A stretch of 64,000 nt of DNA. Origin: an uncultured Bdellovibrionales bacterium (lineage in GTDB: Bacteria > Patescibacteriota > Minisyncoccia > Moranbacterales > GWC2-37-73). Where the stretch lies: NCBI GenBank assembly GCA_964609855.1, contig CAZSTB010000005.1, forward strand, positions 1,467-65,466, read 5' to 3'. Shown piece after piece: positions 27,605 to 35,664 of this stretch (positions are counted from its first letter, which is position 1; each line of letters opens with the position of its first letter). The notes beneath the pieces were generated by a model that ran no database searches, was not told the DNA's origin, and was given only the letters and a program-made list of their open reading frames with translations. The translations under genes and the position numbers were made by a program.

Positions 27605-27871
27605 ATCTTGAAATAATGTTTCTAGGGCATTTGTATTAAAGCTGGAACATACAAATTGAAAAAAATGTGAAATTTGCTGAGAAGTGTGGATCATCACATT
27701 ATCAGCAAGGCTGAACAAATTCTCACGGAAACATCACGCGGGAATTTTTCGGTTTACCCGAATTCAATTGAGATGTTTAGTGTGATATAATAAAGGCACA
27801 TTGATACCAGCTGCGTGCATACTTGGTTGGCAATAGGCTATTAGGGCAGCTAAAAAATAAAATACTTAAAA

Positions 27872-28342
27872 ATGAAATATATTGCTTTTGAGAAATCTGT
27901 AGGTGGTGTGATATATAAGCAGCGGGATGAAAAAATCTTGTTTTTAATGTTACGCTACAGAAGCGGTCAGTGGGATTTTCCGAAAGGTCATATGGAAAAA
28001 AATGAAAATGAAGAGCAGACATTAAGACGGGAAATATTGGAAGAAACAAATATTGGCGAGCTAAACATCTTTCCAAAATTCAGAATTGCCGTTAATTATT
28101 TTTACAGTGCTAAGGGTAAGGAAAAGAAAGAGCGCATTAGAGAGGGACGCGGCATATATATATTTAAGAAAGTAGCGTATTATCTTTGTCGTACAACGCA
28201 GGAAGATGTAAAAATTGATTTTGAAAACACCGATTACGCATGGCTTGAATACCAACAAGCTTATGACCGAATATCTAACGACGGATCACGCAAAATTATT
28301 GCCGCCGCGCAACACGCGATTATTTCCAGAAAGAATGCATAG
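27872..28342 (+). CDS. Nudix hydrolase.
   Basis: Nudix box GHMEKNENEEQTLRREILEETNI (Gx5Ex7REUxEExxU). Confidence 0.75.
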   Translation: MKYIAFEKSVGGVIYKQRDEKILFLMLRYRSGQWDFPKGHMEKNENEEQTLRREILEETNIGELNIFPKFRIAVNYFYSAKGKEKKERIREGRGIYIFKKVAYYLCRTTQEDVKIDFENTDYAWLEYQQAYDRISNDGSRKIIAAAQHAIISRKNA

Positions 28343-28383
28343 CGTATTTTTGTATTAGTAGGTGTAAGAAATAATACAAAAAT

Positions 28384-28617
28384 ATGATTTATACCGGAGC
28401 GGAATATTCTTTAGAAAATATTTACCATCAATTATTGCAGCAAGCAAGATATGAAGATATCCGCACATATGAGCAATATAAGGAACTTGTGGATTTATTT
28501 ATTGAAGAAAAAAAGAGTTATGGATTCTTTTCAGAAGATGAGGATCTTGTTCAGATCAAACATTCATTGGAACTCCGCTGGCCAGAAATAGAGGCAAATT
28601 TAGCAGCAAAGCGGTAA
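28384..28617 (+). CDS. Hypothetical small protein (77 aa).
   Basis: ORF only. Confidence 0.3.
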   Translation: MIYTGAEYSLENIYHQLLQQARYEDIRTYEQYKELVDLFIEEKKSYGFFSEDEDLVQIKHSLELRWPEIEANLAAKR

Positions 28618-28621
28618 GTGA

Positions 28622-28790
28622 GTTGTAATATTTAATAAGCTCGCAGCTCCGGACGCAAATTTTTCTCGGCATGATTATTTTATTGTCAGTGAAGTCGAGC
28701 AAAGCAAAATGAATTTTTGTTTCTTGCCTACCGCCAGCCTATCCGTGACGGGGCAGGTAGCCATAAGTGAGCTATGACATCAAATAGTAT
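28622..28790 (-). repeat. Composite intergenic repeat R4 (- orientation, more degenerate): module B' (catgattattttattgtcagtgaa...gcaaagcaaaatgaattttt) plus module C'. Module A is degenerate.
   Basis: Reverse complement aligns to R2 (ctgccccgtcacggataggctggcggtagg; gaaaaattcattttgctttgctcgac). Confidence 0.65.
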
Positions 28791-28889
28791 TTATTTGCAT
28801 TTTGAATTTTTTTACGTTAGTATCAATATATATTTTAAAAAATGTTCTTTCGCAATGCGACTATAAATTCAAATCATAGGAGGTGTAGT

Positions 28890-29069
28890 ATGGATGATGG
28901 TAAGCGAATGACATACTGTGCAAGTTTGGGTATGATCGTGCTTTTAGTCGTAGTGATAACAGGGGTCCTGCTTTTTGTTAAGCCGGCAGAAAAAAAAGCA
29001 ACTGCTGGTACTGAGAATCAGAAAAACATGACCAAGACTAAGCTGTCTGAAAACGGCGCAAAGAAATGA
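28890..29069 (+). CDS. Small membrane protein (59 aa) with a strong SD.
   Basis: AGGAGG 8 nt before the ATG. Single TM helix. Terminator at 29088. Confidence 0.4.
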   Translation: MDDGKRMTYCASLGMIVLLVVVITGVLLFVKPAEKKATAGTENQKNMTKTKLSENGAKK

Positions 29070-29087
29070 ATCTAAATTTTACCCAAA

Positions 29088-29119
29088 AAGGGAAAAGACT
29101 GATTAAGTCTTTTCCCTTT
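29088..29119. terminator. Bidirectional rho-independent terminator.
   Basis: aaagggaaaagact-gatt-aagtcttttcccttt. Confidence 0.7.
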
Positions 29120-29133
29120 AAAATAAGGTTCTA

Positions 29134-29162
29134 TTGCAATATGTGGCGCGATAAATTATAAT
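29134..29162 (+). promoter_or_regulatory. sigma70-like promoter (TTGCAA-17-TATAAT) upstream of secD.
   Basis: ttgcaatatgtggcgcgataaattataat. Confidence 0.5.
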
Positions 29163-29291
29163 TGTAAGGTGTAAATATGTAATGTTTAAGGTAGTATTTA
29201 AATTAATTTACGTGTGAGGTCATTTTCTTAGTTTGAATTAAATAATTATCAAATTTTGAGCGGGCAATGCCTATTCAAATTTCACTATCGG

Positions 29292-30962
29292 ATGAATACC
29301 AAGAAAAAACTACAACTGAAATTCGCAGGCATCGTACTGCTGGCTGTTATGGTCGGGCTAATTGCATATCCTCAATCAGTTAAGCGTGTGCCATACTTGT
29401 ATGAAGCTTTAAATAAATTCAATGTAAAATTGGGATTGGATTTGCAAGGTGGTATTCACCTGGAATATAAAGCAGATGTTACGAATATAGAGCCATCGAA
29501 AATAAGTGAAGCCCTTCAAGGCGCACAAGATGTGATTGAAAGACGTGTAAATGCTTTTGGCGTAGGTGAGCCATTGGTGCAAACAGCAAAAAGTGGAGAT
29601 GATTGGCGGGTAATAGTGGAATTACCAGGAGTTAAAGATATTGAGCAAGCCAAGCAACAAATAAAAGAAACTCCTCTATTGGAATTTAAAGAGGAGGGTA
29701 TGGAGCCCCAAATCGCAGAAATGTTCGATTCTCAAAATGCACAAGCCAAAGAAAAAGCTGAGGGGTTACTAAGGGAAGTTAAGGCTGGGGGTGATTTTGA
29801 GCAACTAGCTAAGGAAAATAGTCAGGATTCTGGCTCGAAAGAAAAAGGTGGAGATTTGGACTTTGTTAAAAAAGGTGCATTTGTTCCTGAATTTGACAAG
29901 GTGCTTTTCGAGGAAAAACTGAAACCAGGAGAAGTTTATCCCGAATTGGTAGAATCGGATTTTGGTTGGCATATTATTAGATTGATGGAAACGAGAGGAG
30001 AAGGGGATGATCTCGAAGTCCGCGCCCAGCATATTCTATTGAGCAAACTGAATCTTGATCAATATCCGCAATTTAAATACAAAGCAACAGGGCTTACTGG
30101 AAAAAACCTAAAAAGTGCAAGTGTAGTTTTTCAGAGTCAAGGAATTGGAGAGCCGCAAATTTCTTTGAAATTCGATGATGAGGGTACAAAGCTTTTTGCC
30201 GACCTGACAAAGGCAAATCTTGGCAAAACAATTGCAATTTTATTGGACGGCGAAATTATCAGCGCACCGACTGTGCAATCTGAAATCACAAATGGTGAGG
30301 CTGTTATTACAGGGCAATTTACCGTACAAGAAGCAAAAGAACTAGCTAAAAGCCTGAATACGGGGGCACTTCCAGTTCCGCTTACGTTGGTTGGGCAACA
30401 AAGTATTGAAGCCACATTAGGCGCTGACTCATTGCGTACGAGTGTTATTGCTGGAGCAATCGGTCTTGGAGCGGTTATACTTTTTATGTTGATATTCTAT
30501 CGTTTCTTGGGTTTAGTCGCATCGTTGGCATTGCTCATCTACACTGCGCTGATGATTGCCATTTTTAAATTTACGGGAATCACACTTACGCTTTCTGGAA
30601 TTGCCGGTTTCGTGCTTTCTATTGGTATGGCCGTGGATGCGAATATCTTAATTTTTGAACGAACTAAAGAGGAAATCAGAAACGGAAGAACCATTGCTAA
30701 TTCACTTGACGAAGGATTTAAGCGGGCATGGACTTCCATTCGCGACGGTAACATCTCATCACTTCTAACTGCAGGTATCCTATATTTGATGGGCACGGGG
30801 TTTGTGAAAGGTTTTGCTGCCGCCCTGTTTATCGGAGTTGTAGTTTCAATGTTTACCGCAGTAGTAATTACTCGCACCATGCTTAAATTTATCATAAGTG
30901 ATTGGATTCATGGTCGCACTTGGATGGTTGGGGTTAGAAAATCCAAAATAAAGTCAGAATAA
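29292..30962 (+). CDS. secD: Protein translocase subunit SecD carrying a parvulin-type peptidyl-prolyl isomerase (PpiC) domain in the periplasmic P1-head position.
   Basis: SecD base (LGLDLQGGIHL, VIERRVNAFGVGEP) and C-terminal SecDF TM core. The internal segment GGDLDFVKKGAFVPEFDKVLFEEKLKPGEVYPELVESDFGWHIIRLMETRG matches the parvulin signature (GGDLGxxxxGxMVPEFE...FGWHII). Confidence 0.8.
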   Translation: MNTKKKLQLKFAGIVLLAVMVGLIAYPQSVKRVPYLYEALNKFNVKLGLDLQGGIHLEYKADVTNIEPSKISEALQGAQDVIERRVNAFGVGEPLVQTAKSGDDWRVIVELPGVKDIEQAKQQIKETPLLEFKEEGMEPQIAEMFDSQNAQAKEKAEGLLREVKAGGDFEQLAKENSQDSGSKEKGGDLDFVKKGAFVPEFDKVLFEEKLKPGEVYPELVESDFGWHIIRLMETRGEGDDLEVRAQHILLSKLNLDQYPQFKYKATGLTGKNLKSASVVFQSQGIGEPQISLKFDDEGTKLFADLTKANLGKTIAILLDGEIISAPTVQSEITNGEAVITGQFTVQEAKELAKSLNTGALPVPLTLVGQQSIEATLGADSLRTSVIAGAIGLGAVILFMLIFYRFLGLVASLALLIYTALMIAIFKFTGITLTLSGIAGFVLSIGMAVDANILIFERTKEEIRNGRTIANSLDEGFKRAWTSIRDGNISSLLTAGILYLMGTGFVKGFAAALFIGVVVSMFTAVVITRTMLKFIISDWIHGRTWMVGVRKSKIKSE

Positions 30963-31080
30963 TTTCGAATTTTTAATTTAGAATTTCGATTCAATTTTGA
31001 ATGACTAAATGTTTGAAACATCGGAACATTAATATTTTCATTCAAAATTGAAAATTGGAAATTCAAAAAATTTATCAACT

Positions 31081-31983
31081 ATGTATAACATTATTCCAAA
31101 AACTAAATACGCTTACATTTTCTCCATCGTCATTTCTCTGTTGAGCATCTTAAGTTTATTTGTATGGGGATTGAAGCCGGATATTGATTTCACTGGAGGA
31201 ACTCGCATGGGAATTAAGTTTGCAACTGAAGTTCCTGAAAAGCAAGAAATTTTTGATGCAGTTAAAGACCTTAATCTTACGAGTTTATCTGTTCAGGGTA
31301 GTGAAAATAATTCTGTATTCATGCGTTATGCTTCTGAGGAAGATAAGACTAATGAAGAAGTTTGGAAAACAATCAGTTCGAAATATCCAGACGCAACACA
31401 ATTAAGTGTTGATTTTATAAACTCTTCAGTATCAAAAGAACTGAAAACCAAGTCTCTTAATGCAATCGTGATTGCCATCATGTCGATCATGGCATATATC
31501 GCCTGGGCGTTCCGTAGGGTTTCCAAGCCGGTGCAATCCTGGAAATATGGCGCAGGTGCGGTTATTGCTTTGGCTCATGATATATTGATCACTGCCGGTG
31601 TGTTTTCTTTGCTTGGTCATTTTTACGGTATAGAAGTTGGAATTCCTTTTATTGCAGCACTTTTGACGATATTAGGTTTTTCCGTACACGATACGATTGT
31701 AGTATATGATAGAACTAGAGAAAATCTGCTGAGGACCTCTCATAAAGAACCATTTGCCGATGTTGTAAATCGCTCGCTCAATGAAACGCTAGTGCGTTCA
31801 ATCAATACATCTTTTACGGTGGTTATTACGCTGTTAGCTATCTACCTATTTGGGGGAGCGTCGATTAAATATTTTGCCTTGGCACTTTTGGTTGGTGTGA
31901 CTTTCGGAACATATTCATCAATTTTTATCGCCTCCGCCCTCTTGGTTACAAGTTACAATCTGACTGTGAAACATAGAAGTTAA
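31081..31983 (+). CDS. secF: Protein translocase subunit SecF.
   Basis: IDFTGGT motif, six TM segments. Follows secD. Confidence 0.85.
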   Translation: MYNIIPKTKYAYIFSIVISLLSILSLFVWGLKPDIDFTGGTRMGIKFATEVPEKQEIFDAVKDLNLTSLSVQGSENNSVFMRYASEEDKTNEEVWKTISSKYPDATQLSVDFINSSVSKELKTKSLNAIVIAIMSIMAYIAWAFRRVSKPVQSWKYGAGAVIALAHDILITAGVFSLLGHFYGIEVGIPFIAALLTILGFSVHDTIVVYDRTRENLLRTSHKEPFADVVNRSLNETLVRSINTSFTVVITLLAIYLFGGASIKYFALALLVGVTFGTYSSIFIASALLVTSYNLTVKHRS

Positions 31984-32022
31984 TTTTAAATTAAAAATTT
32001 TAAATTTTAAATTATTGAATAT

Positions 32023-32301
32023 ATGAGTATTCTAGACGCATTTAAAAAGAAAGATGAAAAGAAGAAGTCGGACAATCCGATGGATCCGAGTAATATGGGT
32101 ATGCTTCAACGCATGGCTATGAAAAAACTACAAAAAATGAGTCCAGAAGAAAGGGAGAATTTGATGAAGAAAGTTATGACTCCGGATAATATTCAAAAAA
32201 ATAAAGCAGATATCTTGAAAACTTTGGAAGCCATGAAAAAATCAGGTCAAATGAATGACCATCAGATTTTTGAAGCCAAGAAAAGATTAGGACTCTTGTA
32301 A
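32023..32301 (+). CDS. Small Met/Lys-rich protein (92 aa). Faint resemblance to the methionine-rich M-domain segment of SRP54 (speculative).
   Basis: NMGMLQRMAMKKLQKMSPEERENLMKKVM is a methionine-bristle-like region. Confidence 0.35.
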   Translation: MSILDAFKKKDEKKKSDNPMDPSNMGMLQRMAMKKLQKMSPEERENLMKKVMTPDNIQKNKADILKTLEAMKKSGQMNDHQIFEAKKRLGLL

Positions 32302-32318
32302 GCCTACTTGAGAAATTT

Positions 32319-32352
32319 AAAAGCCGGGAACGCGCAAAGCGTCCCGGCTTTT
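32319..32352. terminator. Bidirectional terminator between convergent genes.
   Basis: gccgggaacgc-gcaaa-gcgtcccggc flanked by A and T runs. Confidence 0.7.
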
Positions 32353-32353
32353 A

Positions 32354-33136
32354 TTATGCCTGAATCTCATTGAGCTTCGGCTTATGCTTCTTGGCATACA
32401 TCTCAGCATCTGCTCTTGATAATGCTTCCATTATATCCTCATTAGGATTAAAAACGTGAATCCCCATGGTTATGGAAAGAAGAATTCTCATACTCTTGCA
32501 ATAGAAAGGGGTCTTGCTTAGATTTTCGTGGATTCGCTGACAAATTATGCTGACCTCATTGAGCGCTTCAATTTCGCTATCGGAATTGCTGATTTTCAAG
32601 GCTGCGCAAAATTCATCCCCACCATATCTGCAGAGATAATTTTCCGTATCCTCTCTTATTTCTTGTCGCATAATTTCGGCGCATGTGCATATTGCTGAAT
32701 CTCCGAACGCATGTCCATAAGAGTCATTAATATTTTTGAACTTGTCTATGTCCATGAAAACCAAAATGAGATAGGTCTGCTGTCCCTTTCGGATATCTCT
32801 CAGTACTTGTTTTTGCAGTCGGCGAAGGGATTCTTCCAAGTATAGGCGATTATGAAGTCCCGTTAGGGGATCGCGCATTGAATTTTCCAGATGCTTAAAA
32901 AGACTTTTGCCTCCCCTTGTCCAGCCGTAGGAAAAGAAGAATACTATAAGTGATGGTACGAGGAATAGGAAGTAGCTTTTAAATTCCGGTGCGTTAACTT
33001 CCAAAAATCCGTAAATATAGAGATTTGCAAAAGATGAAGCCAGTCCTGCGATAATTACGATAATCCATCGCTTATTGCTATTTAATTTAACTATCCACCA
33101 GTCGTAGAGTTTCTCTTCCGATTTGCTTAGATGCAT
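32354..33136 (-). CDS. Membrane-anchored GGDEF-domain diguanylate cyclase.
   Basis: RYGGDEF active-site motif. Two N-terminal TM helices. Confidence 0.8.
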   Translation of the reverse strand: MHLSKSEEKLYDWWIVKLNSNKRWIIVIIAGLASSFANLYIYGFLEVNAPEFKSYFLFLVPSLIVFFFSYGWTRGGKSLFKHLENSMRDPLTGLHNRLYLEESLRRLQKQVLRDIRKGQQTYLILVFMDIDKFKNINDSYGHAFGDSAICTCAEIMRQEIREDTENYLCRYGGDEFCAALKISNSDSEIEALNEVSIICQRIHENLSKTPFYCKSMRILLSITMGIHVFNPNEDIMEALSRADAEMYAKKHKPKLNEIQA

Positions 33137-33294
33137 TTTTATTCTCCTATAAATGAACTAACTGCTTAATCTTGGTCGTAAAGCTTTATAGCACAAGTAT
33201 TGGGTTCTGGCAAGTAAAATGAGTTTGAGTATTGCTAAAAACGGCCATAATTGGTACTATTGATACATAATATTTGTAGAAGAAGTTTATTAGG

Positions 33295-33323
33295 TGGGTA
33301 TTTAAATAGGTATTTAAATACGT
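33295..33323. promoter_or_regulatory. Palindromic/direct-repeat operator-like site GGTATTTAAATAGGTATTTAAATACG in the divergent GGDEF/tyrS promoter region.
   Basis: GTATTTAAATAC is a perfect 12-bp palindrome. GGTATTTAAATA is directly repeated. Lies 20 bp upstream of the tyrS start. Confidence 0.4.
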
Positions 33324-33344
33324 ATTTTTTAAGAAAATTGGAAT

Positions 33345-34544
33345 ATGAACAAACAAAACCTGGAAAAACAGATAGATGAAATTCTTTCCCGCGGTGTTAA
33401 TGAGGTTATAGATAAAGAGCATCTTAAAAAAAGATTGCTTAGTGGTGAAAAACTTCGTATTAAACTTGGGATAGACCCGACTAGTCCTAATTTGCATTTA
33501 GGCAGGGCTGTTTCCCTGATGAAGCTAAGGGACTTTCAGCAACTAGGTCATCAGATAGTTTTGATTATTGGTGATTTTACGGGAGTAATTGGAGATACCT
33601 CGGATAAGGAAAGCGAAAGGCCGATGCTTGAAAAAGAAACTGTTGAAAGCAATCTGACAACTTATCTTGAGCAGGCCGGAAAACTTTTAGATATGGACAA
33701 TGTTGAATTTCACAGAAATTCCGAGTGGTTAGGTAAATTGACCTATGGGGAGATTTCTGAACAGGCAGATACTTTTTCTTTGGCAGAATTTATTGCGCGT
33801 GAAAATATTAAGAAGAGATTGGAAAAGGGTACGCGCGTTTCTCTGCGTGAACTTCTGTATCCATTGATGCAAGGGTATGACAGTGTGATGCTAAAAGCGG
33901 ATGTTGAACTTGGCGGGACAGACCAGCGTTTTAATCTGCTGGCTGGTAGAGAATTGCAGAAAAAATACAAGCAACTTCCTCAGGACATTTTAATGGTTAA
34001 TTTAATCGAAGGTTTGGATGGGCGCAAAATGAGTTCATCTTGGGGCAATACGATTAATCTTACTGATGATGCAAATTCGATGTTTGGAAAGGTTATGAGT
34101 ATGGGCGACGAGCTTATTGGAAAGTATTTCATTCATTGTACGCGTCTTCCAATGGAAGAAATAGTTGAGATTGAAAAACAGATGAAAGACGGCGCTCTGA
34201 ATCCTCGCGATGCTAAACTCAGACTTGCGGGAGAGATTACTGAGATTTATCACGGAGAAGAAGCGGCTCGTCAGGCGCGCGAATATTTTATAAACACTTT
34301 CTCTAAAAAGGAAATTCCGACTGATATTGCGGAATTTAAGATTGAGGGAGAGATGAAATTGGCGGAATTAGTTTTGAAATCCGGAAATGCTTCGAGCATG
34401 GGCGATGCCCGTCGCAAGATTGAACAGGGGGGCGTTTCCGTGGACGAAGAAAAGTTTCTTGATCCGCAATTTATCGTGACAAAAGATTTGGACCAAAAAG
34501 TTTTAAAGATCGGAAAAATGGGATTTGTAAAAATTGTATTTTAG
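33345..34544 (+). CDS. tyrS: Tyrosine--tRNA ligase.
   Basis: Class I HIGH-like (PNLHLG) and KMSSS motifs. C-terminal S4-like domain. Confidence 0.85.
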   Translation: MNKQNLEKQIDEILSRGVNEVIDKEHLKKRLLSGEKLRIKLGIDPTSPNLHLGRAVSLMKLRDFQQLGHQIVLIIGDFTGVIGDTSDKESERPMLEKETVESNLTTYLEQAGKLLDMDNVEFHRNSEWLGKLTYGEISEQADTFSLAEFIARENIKKRLEKGTRVSLRELLYPLMQGYDSVMLKADVELGGTDQRFNLLAGRELQKKYKQLPQDILMVNLIEGLDGRKMSSSWGNTINLTDDANSMFGKVMSMGDELIGKYFIHCTRLPMEEIVEIEKQMKDGALNPRDAKLRLAGEITEIYHGEEAARQAREYFINTFSKKEIPTDIAEFKIEGEMKLAELVLKSGNASSMGDARRKIEQGGVSVDEEKFLDPQFIVTKDLDQKVLKIGKMGFVKIVF

Positions 34545-34560
34545 AAATAATTATTGTTTA

Positions 34561-34621
34561 TGTCATCCTGAACTTGTTTCAGGATCTATATTTTAGATTC
34601 CGGATTAAGTCCGGAATGACA
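34561..34621. mobile_element. MITE-like element with TGTCATCC...GGAATGACA termini and two arm hairpins (atcctgaa/ttcaggat; ttccgga/tccggaa), between tyrS and pheS.
   Basis: Termini are inverted repeats. The left arm is identical over 29 nt to the element inside folC. Related termini at 52815-52888 and 60051-60121. Confidence 0.6.
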
Positions 34622-34631
34622 AGGGGAATAT

Positions 34632-35660
34632 ATGAAAGAAAAAATCGAAAAAATTAAATCAGAGGCGTTGGTTGAAATAAGTTCGGCGGCATCTTTTGAC
34701 ATGGCTGAAGAGCTTCGCATTAAGTATTTGGGAAGAAAAAGTGAATTTAACAATATCCTGAAAGGACTTAAGGATTTGGATGTCGACGAGCGAAAAAATG
34801 TCGGGCAATTGGCAAATATAGTGAAAGCCGAAATCGAGACAGCTTTTTTGGAAAAGGAAAAGGAACTTTCTGAAAAAAGTTTTGATTTTTCTGCGGAAAA
34901 AATCGATGTGACGATGCCGGCAAAAAAAATCAGAAGAGGGTATTTGCATCCTCTAACTATAATTCAAAATGAACTTGAAGATATTTTTACCTCAATGGGC
35001 TTCGAAATCGCAGATGGTCCTGAAGTTGAAACAGAATTTTACGCATTCGATGCGCTTAATATTCCAGAGAACCATCCCGCAAGAGACAAATGGGATACCT
35101 TTTGGCTAAAGCAGGTTGGCGATAAGGAAAAAGTTTTATTGCGTCCACACACCTCACCAGTACAGGTGCGGTATATGGAGTCGCATAAACCTCCGTTTCG
35201 CATCATTGCTCCCGGGAAATGTTTTCGTAATGAATCCACTGATGCTACCCATGAACATTCATTTTATCAATTTGAAGCGTTAATGGTAGGAGAAGACGTG
35301 AATGTCGGAAATTTCAAGTATGTCGCTCAACAATTTTTTTCAAGATTCTTTAAGAAAGAAATTACGATCAGACTTAGGCCGAGTTTCTTTCCTTTTACGG
35401 AACCAAGTTTTGAATTTGATGTCAGCTGCACGGTATGTGGTGGAAAAGGATGTTCTTCATGTAAAAATACCGGTTGGCTTGAAGTTGGCGGCGCAGGCAT
35501 GGTGAATCAGGCTGTTTTTGAGGCAGCAGGATATCCCAAAGGAAAGTATCAAGGGTTTGCTTGGGGATTCGGACTCGAAAGGCTTTTGATGATGCGTCAT
35601 AAAATCAATGACGTGAGACTTTTTCATGGAGGGGATATTCGATTTATAAAACAATTTTAA
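34632..35660 (+). CDS. pheS: Phenylalanine--tRNA ligase alpha subunit.
   Basis: Class II motifs 2 and 3 (FRPSFFPFTEPS; GFAWGFGLERL). Confidence 0.9.
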   Translation: MKEKIEKIKSEALVEISSAASFDMAEELRIKYLGRKSEFNNILKGLKDLDVDERKNVGQLANIVKAEIETAFLEKEKELSEKSFDFSAEKIDVTMPAKKIRRGYLHPLTIIQNELEDIFTSMGFEIADGPEVETEFYAFDALNIPENHPARDKWDTFWLKQVGDKEKVLLRPHTSPVQVRYMESHKPPFRIIAPGKCFRNESTDATHEHSFYQFEALMVGEDVNVGNFKYVAQQFFSRFFKKEITIRLRPSFFPFTEPSFEFDVSCTVCGGKGCSSCKNTGWLEVGGAGMVNQAVFEAAGYPKGKYQGFAWGFGLERLLMMRHKINDVRLFHGGDIRFIKQF

Positions 35661-35664
35661 ATTT

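Noticed and set aside
34545-34631. Phe-leader attenuator upstream of pheS
   Set aside because: No Phe-rich leader peptide ORF. The hairpins are better explained as the arms of the MITE-like element shared with folC.
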